A stretch of DNA of 64,000 nt from an uncultured Planctomycetota bacterium. GTDB lineage: Bacteria; Planctomycetota; Planctomycetia; Isosphaerales; Isosphaeraceae. The position numbers and the translations under genes are program-made. The notes under the pieces were generated by a model, which was not told where the DNA came from, did not search any database, and was given only the letters and a program-made list of their open reading frames with translations. Below, piece after piece: positions 1-11,068 of the stretch (positions are counted from its first letter, which is position 1; every line of letters starts with the position of its first letter). The stretch spans positions 1,152,001 to 1,216,000 of the forward strand of contig CAWGMQ010000010.1 in NCBI GenBank assembly GCA_963823665.1, given 5' to 3'.

Positions 1-1941
1 TCCGTCTTGCCGGTTGCTTCGAGCAGCCATGCGACCGCGGTCAAGCTGCGCCCGACGTCGACCTTGGCCACGACGCCGGCCCCCGGCTCGGCCGCCAGCG
101 CCTCGCGAGCCGCCAGGACCGCACGATGCACCGCCAAGGCGTCCTCGTTGCGGCCGACCTTGCCCGTCAGCTCGGCCAGTTCGAAGTTGGACTGCGCCAG
201 GGCCCGCCGCGAGGCGATGTCGGTATCCTTGCCGAGCAGGGCGCCGAGCTTGCCGTAGAAGTCCGAGGCCGATTTCAAGAGCCGGTCGCGCAGCTCCTTG
301 AATTTCTCCTCCTTGAGCAGGAAGTCCTCACTCACGCCGGTGTGAAATGTCTTGATCGCGTCCATTGCCAGCTTGTACCGCGCCTCCACGGCCGCACGTG
401 ATTTGGTGAGCTGGCCGTTGGCTTCATTCAGGGCCGTGTTCGCGTTCGTTTCTCTCGTCAGCGACGCGGCGAGCCTGGCGTTGGCCACCGTCTGCACAGC
501 CGCCACCGCGGCCAAGCCGCCCAGCAGCGATAGCAGCACCAGGCTGGCGGCGAGCACCCCGTTGCCATGCCTGCGGACGAATTTCTTCGTTCGGTAGACC
601 CGACTCGGCGGCGCGGCCAGTACCGGCTCGGACGAAAGGTGCCGAGTGATGTCGGCGGCGAAGCCGTTGGCTGTCTCGTACCGCCGGGTGCGATCCTTCT
701 CCAATGCCTTCATCACGATCCAGTCGAGATCACCCGTCAGCGCCCGCTTCAAATGTGTGGGATCGATGCTGCGACCGGCCGCGATGTTGGGCAGCCCTTC
801 CGCCGTGCTCACCTTCGTGCTCGGACGGGGCGGATCGACCTCCCGCACCATGCGCAGCATCTCCAGCAGCGCACCTCGCTTGAACTGCGATGGATCCAGC
901 GGCGGCGAACCGGCGAGCAACTCGTAGAGGATCACGCCCAGTGCATAGACGTCGGTCCGTGTGTCGATGTCCATCGACGACGGGTCCGCTTGCTCGGGCG
1001 ACATATAGGTAGGTGTGCCGACGATCGCTCCGGTATCACTCAGACTTTGGTCGGTCAGGTCGAACTCCGTGGCCTTGGCCACGCCGAAATCGATGACCTT
1101 GGGCGTGGGACGGCCGTCGACCTCGGTGACCATCACGTTCGAAGGCTTGAGGTCGCGGTGGATGATTCCCTTTTGATGGGCATGCTGCACCGCCTGGCAA
1201 ACGGCCACGAACAGCTCGAGCCGAGCCCGAACCGGCAGCCGTTTGCGGTCGCAGTAATCCGTGATCGGCAGGCCGTTCACCAGTTCCATCACAAAGAACG
1301 GCTGGCCGGTTTCGGTGGTGCCTCCGTCGTAAACGCGGGCGATGTTCGGGTGATCCATCAGGGCCAGCGCCTGGCGTTCGGCGTCGAACCGGGCCAGAAC
1401 CGCGCCGAGTCCATGCCAAGCTTGATCAACTTGAGTGCGACCTGGCGTTTGACCGGTTCGGACTGTTCGGCCAGGTAAACCGTGCCCAGGCCCCCTTCGC
1501 CGAGGAGGTTTCGCAGCGTGTACCGCAACGCGATGACCTGACTCGGCACGAACCCGCCGGGACGATTCCTCCGCCCTGAGGCGACGGTTATAGAATTCTT
1601 GCGCCTGATCCATTCTCCGCGAAGGCGAGCGTTTCAGGGGCGGAAGTTGTTGCTGATTCTGGTGTTTCGGCCGCAATCGTTTCGGCTGCATTTGTGGCGA
1701 TCGATGGCGCATGGGGGCCGGTGACGGCAAGGGTCTTTAACCCGTCAGTGACCGGGCCCTTCGGGCCTTGTGCGAGAAAGCGGTCTGCCTGGTCGTGGGC
1801 CGCCAGTAGCTCCTCGACTCCCGCTTTGAGCGCCTGGTTGCCGCGACATGCGTCCTCGAGGTACGCCTCCCGCTCGGGGCCGCCTGGCCGCTCAAGGGCT
1901 TCACAGAATAAGCTCTTCAGGTCGGGGTCGGGCGAGGCCAT
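1..1941 (-). CDS. Ser/Thr protein kinase (planctomycete type), runs off the window edge; apparent frameshifts near 1560-1590 and ~1405
   Basis: [18 protein letters not shown]-terminus, then GEGGLGTVY and VALKLIK, then HRDLKPSN and KVIDFGVAK read on the minus strand across successive frames; paralog of 17619..21346. Confidence 0.9.
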
Positions 1942-2009
1942 GGGCGTCGACTCCTCGGGATCGGCTCGGAACGAGTCAGGATCGGGGGCCCGAAAGCGGC
2001 CTCTGATCG

Positions 2010-2597
2010 TCATGCTCCGTCTGGCTCCGCCGTGCGACATGAATTCTCCGAAAGTTGCCGAAAAAGCCAGGCGCGTGCGAACGCCCAGTCGCGATCGGCG
2101 GTCCGTCGAACCACCCCCAGCGCGGTCGCCGCTTCGTCCTGGGTCAGTCCCCCAAACATACGGAGCTTGACCAAGGAAGCGGCGCGGGGGTCTTCTCGCT
2201 CAAGCCGGGAGAGGGCGGCGTCGAGGTCTAGCAAATCGTCGGGCGAAGTGTCGAGCCGAGCCACGGCGTCGAGTTCAAGATCCTCGCGCCGTCGCGAAGG
2301 ACCGCCTCTTCGAAGCCGCTTGCGGTTGCGAGCATGGTCGACCAGCACGCGCCGCATGGCCTCAGACGCCGCGGCGAAGAAGTGACCTCGGTTGTTGAAC
2401 TGCTGATCTCCCACCAGCCGCAGATAGGCCTCGTGGACCAAAGCCGTTGCGCTCAGGGTATGGCCGCTAGCCTCGTTCGCCATGTGTGCGACCGCCAGCT
2501 TGCGCAGCTCGTCATATACCAGCGGAAGTAGCCCTGCGGCGGCTTGCGGGTTTCCAGCCTCAATGGCGCCGACGATGCGGGTGACCTCGTTGTTCAT
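2010..2597 (-). CDS. ECF sigma factor, TIGR02999/ECF43-like, kinase-associated
   Basis: LLPLVYDELRKLA, HTLSATALVHEAYLRL, HFFAAASEAMRRVLVDHAR and RDWAFARAWL motifs; directly upstream of a kinase. Confidence 0.92.
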   Translation of the reverse strand: MNNEVTRIVGAIEAGNPQAAAGLLPLVYDELRKLAVAHMANEASGHTLSATALVHEAYLRLVGDQQFNNRGHFFAAASEAMRRVLVDHARNRKRLRRGGPSRRREDLELDAVARLDTSPDDLLDLDAALSRLEREDPRAASLVKLRMFGGLTQDEAATALGVVRRTADRDWAFARAWLFRQLSENSCRTAEPDGA

Positions 2598-2963
2598 AAG
2601 GTCAAGAATACCGGCCGGGGCGATGATCGGCCAACACGTATCGAACGGGACGTTCCTTGAGAAGCGATCCCCAATCAAGGCGAGCCCCCCGTCGCGGCAC
2701 TCCGAACCAGGCGGAGAGCTTCGCGTCTATGCGGCCATCTTGCGTCAGGCCGCAGCAATCATGACGATCCAGGCATTCGGCAAGAGTTTGCCAGGGTTCC
2801 GGAGACACCATACTGATCGCGGTGCGTTGCGTACTGGCACGGTCATGGCCTTGCCGGCAACATGGTAGAGCTTCGATTCCGTACCCTCTACATGCTCGCG
2901 TCGTAAGAGCCCCAGTGCACGGCGCGAGGCCGGGCGGTCGTTTACCCGAGCGTTGCGACATTA

Positions 2964-3105
2964 TCCGCCTCGTTCTCGCCCTAGATTGGACACCGGGGAC
3001 GAGATACGACTAGCAAGGCGTCTGTCGAGTTGGAGATCCGGAGAGCGTGGTAATCAACCAGGCGCTCGTGCTAACGAAATAGCAACAGAATTCAAGCGGG
3101 ATCTC
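2964..3105. repeat. Dispersed repeat with AGCGCCTGGT-loop-ACCAGGCGCT hairpin core (copy 1)
   Basis: Aligns by eye with 13832..13975 over ~140 bp and with 7130..7213 over ~80 bp. Confidence 0.75.
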
Positions 3106-3275
3106 TACTCCGGCCGAGCTTCGATCCAAGAGGGCTATGTCAAGGTCTTCGAGGATGCCACGCCGTCGATGAAATCCCGCGTGGCGCGCATGGAGTTAGA
3201 CTGGTTGTCTAGATTGCCATAAATGGACCTGTCCCCGTTTCTTATCGATCAGTCCCCAGTTGCTCCGCGCCGCGA

Positions 3276-6200
3276 TCATTGCGGCCGGGCGTCCCAGACC
3301 TTCACCGTGCCATCCGCACCGGCCGAGACGAGGCGTTGGCCATCGCGGCTAAACGCCAGACACACGACAAGACTGGTGTGCCCCTTGAGCGTGAGGGTTT
3401 CCTGTCCGGTCACAACGTCCCATAGCTTCACCGTCCCATCCGCGCTGGCGGAGGCGAGACGCTGGCCATCGGGGCTAAACGCCACGCTCGGCAGCACCGC
3501 GTTGGCCACGCTGAAGTTCCCCTTGAACACGCTGCTGGTCCCCTTGAGTGCGAGGGCTTCTTGTCCCGTCGCGCAGTCCCACACCCTCACCGTCCCATCG
3601 AGGCCGGCTGACGCGAGGCGCTGGCCATCGGGGCTGAAATCCACAGCAGTCGCGATCTCCAATTCGAGCGTTCGGATTTCGTTTCCTGTAGTGGCCTCCC
3701 ACACCCTCACCGCCCCATCCTCCAGACCGGCAGACGCGAGGCGCTGGCCGTCGCGGCTGAACGCCACATCGATGACGCGGCCGCTGTGCCCGTTGAGGGT
3801 TTGGGTTTCCTGTCCGGTGGCGGCATCCCACACCTTGACCGTCCCATCTCCATAGGCAGAGGCGAGGCGCTGGCCATCGGTGCTGAACGCCACGCTGGTG
3901 GCGGCCGCGGGACGCTGTGTGCGGGTGGTATGCCCATTGAGTGTGACTCTTTCCTGCCCGGTGGCAGCGTTCCACAGCTTTACCGTCCCGTCCCGATAGG
4001 CGGAGGCGAGTTGCTGGCCGTCGGGACTGAACGCCACGCTGTCGACCGTGCCGCCGTGCTCCTTGAGCGTGAGTTTCCCGTTGGTGTCCACATAATAGCC
4101 CTCGAGCTCCTTGTAGACCGAGCCGTGTCCCTTGAGCGTGAGTGTCTCCCGACCCGTCACCCAGTCCCACACCCTCACCGTCCCATCTCGACCGGCGGAC
4201 GCGACGCGCTGGCCATCAGGACTCAGCGCCACGCTGTTGACCTCGCTGATCTGCCACTGGGGGGCGAGGGTTTCCTGGCGGGTTTGTGCGTCCCACAGCT
4301 TCAGTTCGGCCGGCGTGTTGACTCCGCCACCTGCGGACGCGAGCCGCCGGCCGTCGGGGCTGTACGCCACACAAGCGACAGAGTCAGTATGCCCCTTGAA
4401 GGTTTGGATTTCCTGCCCTGTGACCGCGTCCCACGCCTTCACCGTCTGGTCCCAGCCGCAGGACGCGAGCCGCTGGCCGTCGGGGCTGAACGCCACACAG
4501 TTGACGATGGCACTGTGCCCCTTGAAAGTTTGGATTTCCTGCCCTGTGACCGCGTCCCACACCTTCACCGTCTGGTCCCAGCCGCAGGACGCGAGCCGCT
4601 GGCCGTCGGGGCTGAACGCCACACAGGTGACGATGCCACTGGGCCCCTTGAAGGTTTGGATTTCCCGCCCTGTGGCCGCGTCCCACACCCTCACCGTCTG
4701 GTCCCAGCCGGCGGTCGCGAGCCGCCGGCCGTCGGGGCTGTACGCCACACAGGTGACGATGCCACTGGGCCCCTTGAAGGTTTGGATTTCCTGCCCAGTT
4801 CGTGTGTCCCACAGCTTCACCCCGTCCTGAGCGGCGGATGCAAGGCGCTGGCCATCGGGACTGTACGCCAAGCTCGACACCTTCCGGGTATGCCCCGTGA
4901 GAGTCCAGATCTCCCGTCCGGTCTCGGCACCCCACACTTTCACTTCGCCGCCTGGTTTGTGGGGGTTAGACGCATCACCGGCGGCGGCGATTCGCTGTCC
5001 GTCGGGGCTGAACGCCACACACGTCAGATGGCCACTGTGTCCCTCGAAAGTTTGGATTTCCTGGCCCGTGGCCGCGTCCCACACCTTCAGGAGCCCGCCG
5101 GCGGACGCGAGCCGCCGGCCGTCGGGGCTGTATGCCAAGCTCGATATCCGCGTGTAACCCAGCCTTAAGGTGAGGTGATCCTCGGACATTTTTCGTTGCC
5201 AGTAGAACCACTCGAAGCCTCGGCGATCGATGCCGCCCTGGTTGGCCGGGAGCTGATCGACGAGTCCTTGGTGCAAGAGTGTGCCGTTATAGTCCTCCCA
5301 GCAACGCTGCACGAGATTCATCTGGACGTCATAGAGACGTCGCTGGGCAAGCTCGGTCTGCCGCACGGCCGTACGCCACTGCCAGAGTACGCCCCCGAGC
5401 CCCAGCGCCGTCACCATGGCGACCAGTGCCAAGAGTGCGGCAATTGCCGGCTTTCGCCGTGTCCACTTGACCGCGCGCTCGAGCCGCGTCACCGGCCGCG
5501 CCACGATCGGCTCGCCCGACAGGTACCGTCGCAGGTCTTCCCCCAGCGCCGCCGCCCTTGCATAGCGCTTGCCCGGGTCCTTCTCCAGGCACTTCAGGCA
5601 GATGGTCTCCAGGTCGCGCGGAAGCGCCGCATTGAGCCGCCGCGGCGAGACCGGCTCGTCGCTGAGGACCTGGAGCACGGTGTCCATCGGGGTGGCCGCC
5701 TGGAACGGTGGCCGGCCGGTCGTCAGGGCATAGAGCGTCGCTCCCAAAGAATACACATCGGCCGCCGGCCCAACCTCGCCCCGCTTGCCGCCTGCTTGCT
5801 CCGGCGGCATGTAGCTCGGCGTCCCCATGATCTGGCCAGAGCCGGTCAGGCCGCTGTCTCCCTGAATCTTCTTGGCCAGCCCGAAGTCGGTGACGCGCGG
5901 GTTATTGTTGGAATCGAGGAGGATATTGGCCGGCTTCAAGTCGCGGTGAATGACGCCGTGCTGGTGAGCATACTCGATGGCCTCGCTCACGCGGCGAATC
6001 AGTTCGGCGGCCTGCCGGGCCGGGAGCGGGCCCTCAGTCAAACGCTGGGAGAGGCTCTGCCCTTCGACGAAACCCATCGAGAAGTAATGCTGGCCTTCGT
6101 GCTGCCCAACCTCGAAGATCGGCACGATCCCCGGATGGTCCAGGTTGGCCGCCGCTTCGGCCTCGGTATGGAATCGCTTGACGTCGTTGTCGTCGGCAAG

Positions 6201-6713
6201 CTGGCCGGCCAGGATCATCTTGAGCGCGACGGTGCGATCGAGGCTCACCTGCCGCGCCTCGAACACCACGCCCATCCCGCCGCGCGCGATTTCGCGGATG
6301 ATCTCATAGTCGCCGAAATAGCGGACGTGGGAGGGTGCCCCGGCCTCGGATGGGGCCGGCGCGGATGATCCAAGGTCGACCGTGGCATCTCCTCGAGGCG
6401 GCAACGTCGCCTCATCGTGGACCGACGAAGACGCCTCGCCGGGCTCCGGCAGCGTTGGTAGGGAGCCCGGTGCAATTGTCGGGGCGTCGGCGATACCGGC
6501 TTGTCCTGCCGCTTGCCGCAGCTCGGACTCCAACGCTTCCAGCTCAGCCGCCAAGGCGACCCGGGCGTCCCCTGTGAGCGACCCGATATAATCGTCGAGG
6601 CGCGGCTGGCGCCCTTCTCGCCATGCAGCCTCGAAGCGCCGGCAGGCTTGATCAATACGGCGGACCAGGTCGATGTCCAGGCCGCCGAGGTTGTCGCTGG
6701 TTCGGTGACTCAT
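3276..6713 (-). CDS. Ser/Thr protein kinase with TM helix and C-terminal WD40 beta-propellers
   Basis: RGGMGVV, HRDLKPAN, DFGLAK, GTPSYMPPE; about 14 'VAFSPDG..LAS...D.TVKVWD' repeats. Confidence 0.95.
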   Translation of the reverse strand: MSHRTSDNLGGLDIDLVRRIDQACRRFEAAWREGRQPRLDDYIGSLTGDARVALAAELEALESELRQAAGQAGIADAPTIAPGSLPTLPEPGEASSSVHDEATLPPRGDATVDLGSSAPAPSEAGAPSHVRYFGDYEIIREIARGGMGVVFEARQVSLDRTVALKMILAGQLADDNDVKRFHTEAEAAANLDHPGIVPIFEVGQHEGQHYFSMGFVEGQSLSQRLTEGPLPARQAAELIRRVSEAIEYAHQHGVIHRDLKPANILLDSNNNPRVTDFGLAKKIQGDSGLTGSGQIMGTPSYMPPEQAGGKRGEVGPAADVYSLGATLYALTTGRPPFQAATPMDTVLQVLSDEPVSPRRLNAALPRDLETICLKCLEKDPGKRYARAAALGEDLRRYLSGEPIVARPVTRLERAVKWTRRKPAIAALLALVAMVTALGLGGVLWQWRTAVRQTELAQRRLYDVQMNLVQRCWEDYNGTLLHQGLVDQLPANQGGIDRRGFEWFYWQRKMSEDHLTLRLGYTRISSLAYSPDGRRLASAGGLLKVWDAATGQEIQTFEGHSGHLTCVAFSPDGQRIAAAGDASNPHKPGGEVKVWGAETGREIWTLTGHTRKVSSLAYSPDGQRLASAAQDGVKLWDTRTGQEIQTFKGPSGIVTCVAYSPDGRRLATAGWDQTVRVWDAATGREIQTFKGPSGIVTCVAFSPDGQRLASCGWDQTVKVWDAVTGQEIQTFKGHSAIVNCVAFSPDGQRLASCGWDQTVKAWDAVTGQEIQTFKGHTDSVACVAYSPDGRRLASAGGGVNTPAELKLWDAQTRQETLAPQWQISEVNSVALSPDGQRVASAGRDGTVRVWDWVTGRETLTLKGHGSVYKELEGYYVDTNGKLTLKEHGGTVDSVAFSPDGQQLASAYRDGTVKLWNAATGQERVTLNGHTTRTQRPAAATSVAFSTDGQRLASAYGDGTVKVWDAATGQETQTLNGHSGRVIDVAFSRDGQRLASAGLEDGAVRVWEATTGNEIRTLELEIATAVDFSPDGQRLASAGLDGTVRVWDCATGQEALALKGTSSVFKGNFSVANAVLPSVAFSPDGQRLASASADGTVKLWDVVTGQETLTLKGHTSLVVCLAFSRDGQRLVSAGADGTVKVWDARPQ
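4391..4795. repeat. Near-identical 126-bp tandem units coding WD40 blades
   Basis: CCCTTGAA(G/A)GTTTGGATTTCC recurs every 126 bp (~4391, 4517, 4643, 4769). Confidence 0.9.
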
Positions 6714-7129
6714 GCAATTCAGTCCTGCGGACCGGGCTCCAGCGGATCAATAGAAACGTGAATTGGGCGTTCCCGCCGATCGACGAAGATTGACTTCAAC
6801 GAAGATGTCAATCCCGCGTCCAACTGTGACACGGGTGTCGCGATTTGGGAGTTCCCCCGTGCGCAGGCGGCGGCAGCCTCGTCGATTCTTACCTCGTGGA
6901 TCGATGACGAACCGGCCACGCGGCGCCCCTCAGGTTCGACGCTGCCCCCCGCGATCCCCCGGCGCACTGTAAGCGGCGCGGGACGGATCCAACCGTCGGG
7001 CCTGGCTCGCTGCCGACCAGCATCATACGGCGACATTCGGACCAACGCGACGGGTGAGGTCCAAAGTGCCTTCTGCTGGACCCGAAGCGCTCGACGTGCC
7101 GCGAACGACGGGAGTTTTAGTCGCAAGCG

Positions 7130-7213
7130 GCGCGACGACCCGGCGATCAGGGTAGCGCCTGGTAACGACCCAGGCGCTCTCGCAATTGAAAAACCCGCGG
7201 AATTAGAGCGGAT
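7130..7213. repeat. Dispersed hairpin repeat (copy 2)
   Basis: GTAGCGCCTGGTAACGACCCAGGCGCTCTCGCAATTGAAAA matches the 13910-13950 copy. Confidence 0.7.
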
Positions 7214-7215
7214 TT

Positions 7216-7390
7216 CGCGCGGGGCATCCCTTCGGCGTCGCCCGACGCTCTCGATGCCGATGCCATTCTTGCCGGCCAAGCGGCGCTCGGCCGGCAGCCC
7301 GGGGATACCGTCACGATCGCAACAACAAACCTGGCGCACTTGAACCGATTCCCCGGAATCGACGCCCAGACTTGGGATCAGATCCGGTAG
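7216..7390 (+). pseudogene. 3' remnant of a PIN/VapC-like nuclease gene
   Basis: Reads RGIPSASPDALDADAILAGQA...TVTIATTNLAHLNRFPGIDAQTWDQIR*, a PIN C-terminal pattern; no 5' half. Confidence 0.65.
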
Positions 7391-7553
7391 GCATTCTGCA
7401 CGTTAACGAAACCGGGCCGTGCGTGCAGCTACACAAGAGCGACGCCTCGCTCGGAATCAAAATCCATTCCGAGCGGTTGGAGACGTTGCGGTTTCCGTCC
7501 GCCACTACGCCGCCGGCTCTGTCGATACTAGTCGCGTCCCCGTTTCCGTCCCT

Positions 7554-7655
7554 GCCGGCCAGCCAGGAGATACCGTCACGATCGCAACGACGAACCTGGC
7601 GCACTTGAACCGTTTTCCTGGAATCGACGCCCAGATCTGGGTTCAGATCCGGTAG
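7554..7655 (+). pseudogene. Second, shorter copy of the PIN-like 3' tail (direct repeat of ~7290..7390)
   Basis: AGQPGDTVTIATTNLAHLNRFPGIDAQIWVQIR*; differences mostly synonymous. Confidence 0.7.
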
Positions 7656-7737
7656 GGATCTTCAACCGCGCGGGCGCTGGGCCGGTTGGAGGGGCGAGGA
7701 AGGGGGACACGTCGCTCCTCACTTGCGCTTCACGGGA

Positions 7738-9075
7738 TCAAAGCGGTACGTCCCCGTTTTCCCGTTCGGGTTTATCCGCTCGGGAGAAGATGCTCGCCTT
7801 CTTTCCCGGCCGCACATCCAACGAGAGCAGCCCCGCGACACTCAGAACAAATGCGATCAGGTTGGGCAGCGCATAGAGCCCGATTAACATTACCATCGGC
7901 AGGTTGACGGCCGCGTGCAACGCCAGTAACCCTCCCACAATTCTCCTCGCCACAGGCCCGCAGAAAGTGCAGACCAGCGGTGCCATGGCGAGGAGTGAAT
8001 AGCCCAAATACGGATTGAAAATATAAGCTGCGATTAACGTGCCGACCTTTTCGTTGGCCAACATGAAGCGGAACGGCAGCACTCCGAGCCCCAGGGCGAC
8101 TGCCAGGCCCACCCAGCACAGAGATGGTCCCAGTCCTGATCGGGTGCCTGAAAAGGTCGAATCCGTGTTGCCGCCTTTGCTTTTGGTCCCCTCCAGACCG
8201 GCATTTTCAAGACCTGCCCGCGCTCTTCGGCTCGGGAAACCAGCCGAAACCAGCAAGCCCGCTGCGCTCACCCCTGGGCACAGCAAGAGCCAAAGGAAGG
8301 AAGGCAACGCCACGACCGGGTATAAGCCGAAAGCCACCAGCGCCAGTGCCATGATTCTTTGAGTCCAGGCGCGTGCAAACGTACAAACAAGCGGGGCCAT
8401 GGCCAACATTGCTAGCACGAGAAGATCCCGGAAGCGGCCTCATGCGCCGCCCCCGCTCATAAGGTAAATGCTTCCTCCCGAGATGTTCCACAGGATGAGC
8501 GACGCCAGGCCCGCCCAACAGAGGAGGATCGCACGCCGGGACCGCTCGTGGCTGGCCGGGAGTTCGACGGACCTTTTCCAGGGACTGGTTGTGCGGCCCG
8601 GCGAAAACCCCCCGATCAAGAGCCCCGCCGTGGTCGTGATTAACGCGAGAGCCCACAGCCAGAAACCCGCGAGCAGGCCGTGGAAGAAGCCGACCTCGGG
8701 AATGCACACTTGAAGGATGGACAACGTAGCCAAGGGCAACACCACGCCAACCGCCTTCTTGGCTGTCTTTCCGGCAAAAGTGCAGATGAATGGGGCCGCG
8801 ATCGTCAAGACGTGAGGGACCCAGCACGGAAAGGCGTAAAAGCTAAGGATCAGGCACACGCAGCCAAGATCGCCGGCAACCCACTCTCCCCTCCCTTGGA
8901 CACGTATGGCGGGAAGCAAGAGCGAGACAACGAAAAGCACCAACCCGCCCCAGCATAACCACAAGGGGAGCCTGTCTATCTTCGAACCGTTACGTGGTCC
9001 GAAATCGGGCGGTTCAGGCGCGAATCGTCGACATCGGACGGCGGGTTTTCCATCGTACACCTGTCGCTTCCACAT
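7738..9075 (-). pseudogene. Multi-pass membrane protein with three repeated modules, split by an in-frame TGA at 8440..8442
   Basis: ORFs 8440..9075 and 7738..8418 share a frame; the LCWxGL...AP(F/L)(I/V)CTF module occurs three times and the stop is inside module 2. Confidence 0.65.
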
Positions 9076-9229
9076 TTTCTTTTAGCAGAGACCAGTTGGA
9101 TCGAACCGCCGAGATCTCGGTTGCAGGCCGGTTTGGGTAGCGTCGGAGCTTGCCGGGGCTCCGGCTTGTAATCCGAGAGACGACTGCGAGGCTTCCTCCA
9201 GGTTGGATTGCGCCGCGCTTCGCGGGCTG

Positions 9230-9292
9230 GCCATCGAGCGGCCGGGCTTCCCACGCCTTCACCGTCCAATCAGCACTGATGGAGGCGAGCCA
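9230..9292 (-). pseudogene. Orphan last WD40 blade (gene tail)
   Basis: WLASISADWTVKAWEARPLD resembles the end of 3276..6713 (RLVSAGADGTVKVWDARPQ). Confidence 0.5.
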
Positions 9293-9682
9293 AGCTTAAA
9301 CTAATTATGTTCAATCGGATTGGTAGTGTGCCAACACCAGCCAAGAGCTTCTCCGTCAAGGTGCTGACTTCGGCTGTTCCCAAAGCAAAGATGCGCGAGC
9401 TCGTACCGCAAGAACACTGGGACGTGATCGCTGGTCAGTCCGTGAACGAAGGGATGGATTCAGGACGGATTCTGAGGAGGGCAGGCTGATTTGGAAGAGC
9501 GCCTGGTTATTAATTTTCAAGCAATGTGCATATAACGTTCAATATGTACTCGGTGTAAGTTTAAGTTCAGACTGAACATGTGGCCTGTCCCTTCGGCGGT
9601 CTTGGACCGAGTTCTGATTCGAGAGAGGAGGCTTAAAACGAATAAGATCGTTGCTGTAACTTCCTAGAGGATATGCTTTTAG

Positions 9683-9728
9683 TGGAGACGACCGGGATCG
9701 AACCGGCAACCTCCTGGTTGCAAACCAG
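9683..9728 (-). repeat. att-type copy of the tRNA-Ala 3' end (46 bp)
   Basis: Exact match to 17261..17306. Confidence 0.95.
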
Positions 9729-10092
9729 TCGCTTTACGGCGACGAAAAACGATGTAAAGTGTTTCTGCAATTCGATTCGTAGTCTGCACTCATGACGCAG
9801 GCGTTTTCCGGGAATTATCGGGATTTTGCGGGAATTATCAGGATTTGCGCCAATTCTCTGCCACGGCAGAGCTGTATACGTTGATGGACGTTAACCGATA
9901 AACGACTGGCTCCGACGGCGAAGCGCGAAATCACAGCGCCAACAAGAGTGCATCACGCCTTTTGCACGAGGCCGGGTCAGCTCAGCCCCCCGCCTTGACA
10001 CGCGATCTGAACCGATTGTCCCATCCGGTGTCTTAAGTGAAAATAGGTGCCCGTTACCGGGCCACTTAGGACGCGACCGATAGGGCGTTGAA

Positions 10093-10845
10093 ATGGGGCG
10101 GAAAAAACGGAATCGCCTGGACCCACGACTGGAAGCGTGTGAGTGCGTTTATTGCGGATCGCGCGACCGGCTAACGTTCGACCACGTTCCACCGCAGAAC
10201 CTGTTTTCAAGTCCGCGTCCGGGCAACTTGATTAAGGTGCCTTGCTGCCACTCTTGCAACAAAGGCTTCTCGAAGGACGATGAGTATTTCCGGCTGATGG
10301 TCGTGTTGCGCCATGACATCGGATCACACCCCGAATTCAAAAACTTATGGCCAACAGTATATAGGTCGCTTCTTCGACGTCGTGAGCACGGATTCACGAA
10401 CGGCCTGCTTCAAAGCATGGCGCGGGTGGATGTTCAGTCTCCCGGGGGTTTGTTTCTCGGCCAGCTTCCTACATATAGCGTCGATCTGGTCCGGCTCGAT
10501 CGCACGGCGGCGCGTATTACCAAAGGCTTATTCTACCATGAGTTTGGCTCCCGCCTCCCCGATGATTACTGCGCTGTGTCGTACAACAAATCCGGTTTCG
10601 GCGGGAATGTGGCTGGAGTAGAACTGGTCAATTCGATGTGCGCAAAACTCTTTGTTTCACCTCCCAAGACGATCGGAGCGAACGTCTTTTCTTACTGGTT
10701 CCAGCGTACTAGCGACAATCCGAATGCAAGTGTATGGCTCATGCTTTTTTTCGGGCGCGTTCCATTCTTTTGCCTTACGATCGAGAAAACTCTCGCTGCA
10801 AAACGAACTTATACAGTTGTGCAGGCACCGCAAATTGAAGTGTGA
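10093..10845 (+). CDS. HNH endonuclease-like protein
   Basis: CVYC...TFDHVPP...KVPCCHSCN...DDEYFR zinc-binding HNH pattern. Confidence 0.8.
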   Translation: MGRKKRNRLDPRLEACECVYCGSRDRLTFDHVPPQNLFSSPRPGNLIKVPCCHSCNKGFSKDDEYFRLMVVLRHDIGSHPEFKNLWPTVYRSLLRRREHGFTNGLLQSMARVDVQSPGGLFLGQLPTYSVDLVRLDRTAARITKGLFYHEFGSRLPDDYCAVSYNKSGFGGNVAGVELVNSMCAKLFVSPPKTIGANVFSYWFQRTSDNPNASVWLMLFFGRVPFFCLTIEKTLAAKRTYTVVQAPQIEV

Positions 10846-10880
10846 GAAGAAGGTTTCAAACGCCGACAGTGTCGGATGTC

Positions 10881-11068
10881 GGTGATAACCACTTTGGGTA
10901 CCACTTTAGCAACCATACGGGTACCACCTGCGTCACACTGGTGGCACATTCTCGTTGCCCCAAACGCCCTCAGCATAAAGTGAAGGGCGTTTGGGCCAAC
11001 GAGAATGTTCTCGGAGAGGGTGTTATCCGGTGGTCTCCCAAAGTGGTACCGATCCTAGCTGCTACCCA
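10881..11068. repeat. Structured non-coding element: 25-bp inverted repeat flanked by inverted arrays of GGTACCAC-like boxes
   Basis: 10946..10970 and 10984..11008 pair at 24/25 positions; four ACCA(C/T) boxes at ~12-bp period on the left, reverse copies on the right. Confidence 0.8.

Noticed and set aside
7290..7656. ~100-bp direct repeat as a DGR template/variable pair
   Set aside because: Mismatches include C/T changes rather than adenine-only, and no reverse transcriptase is present
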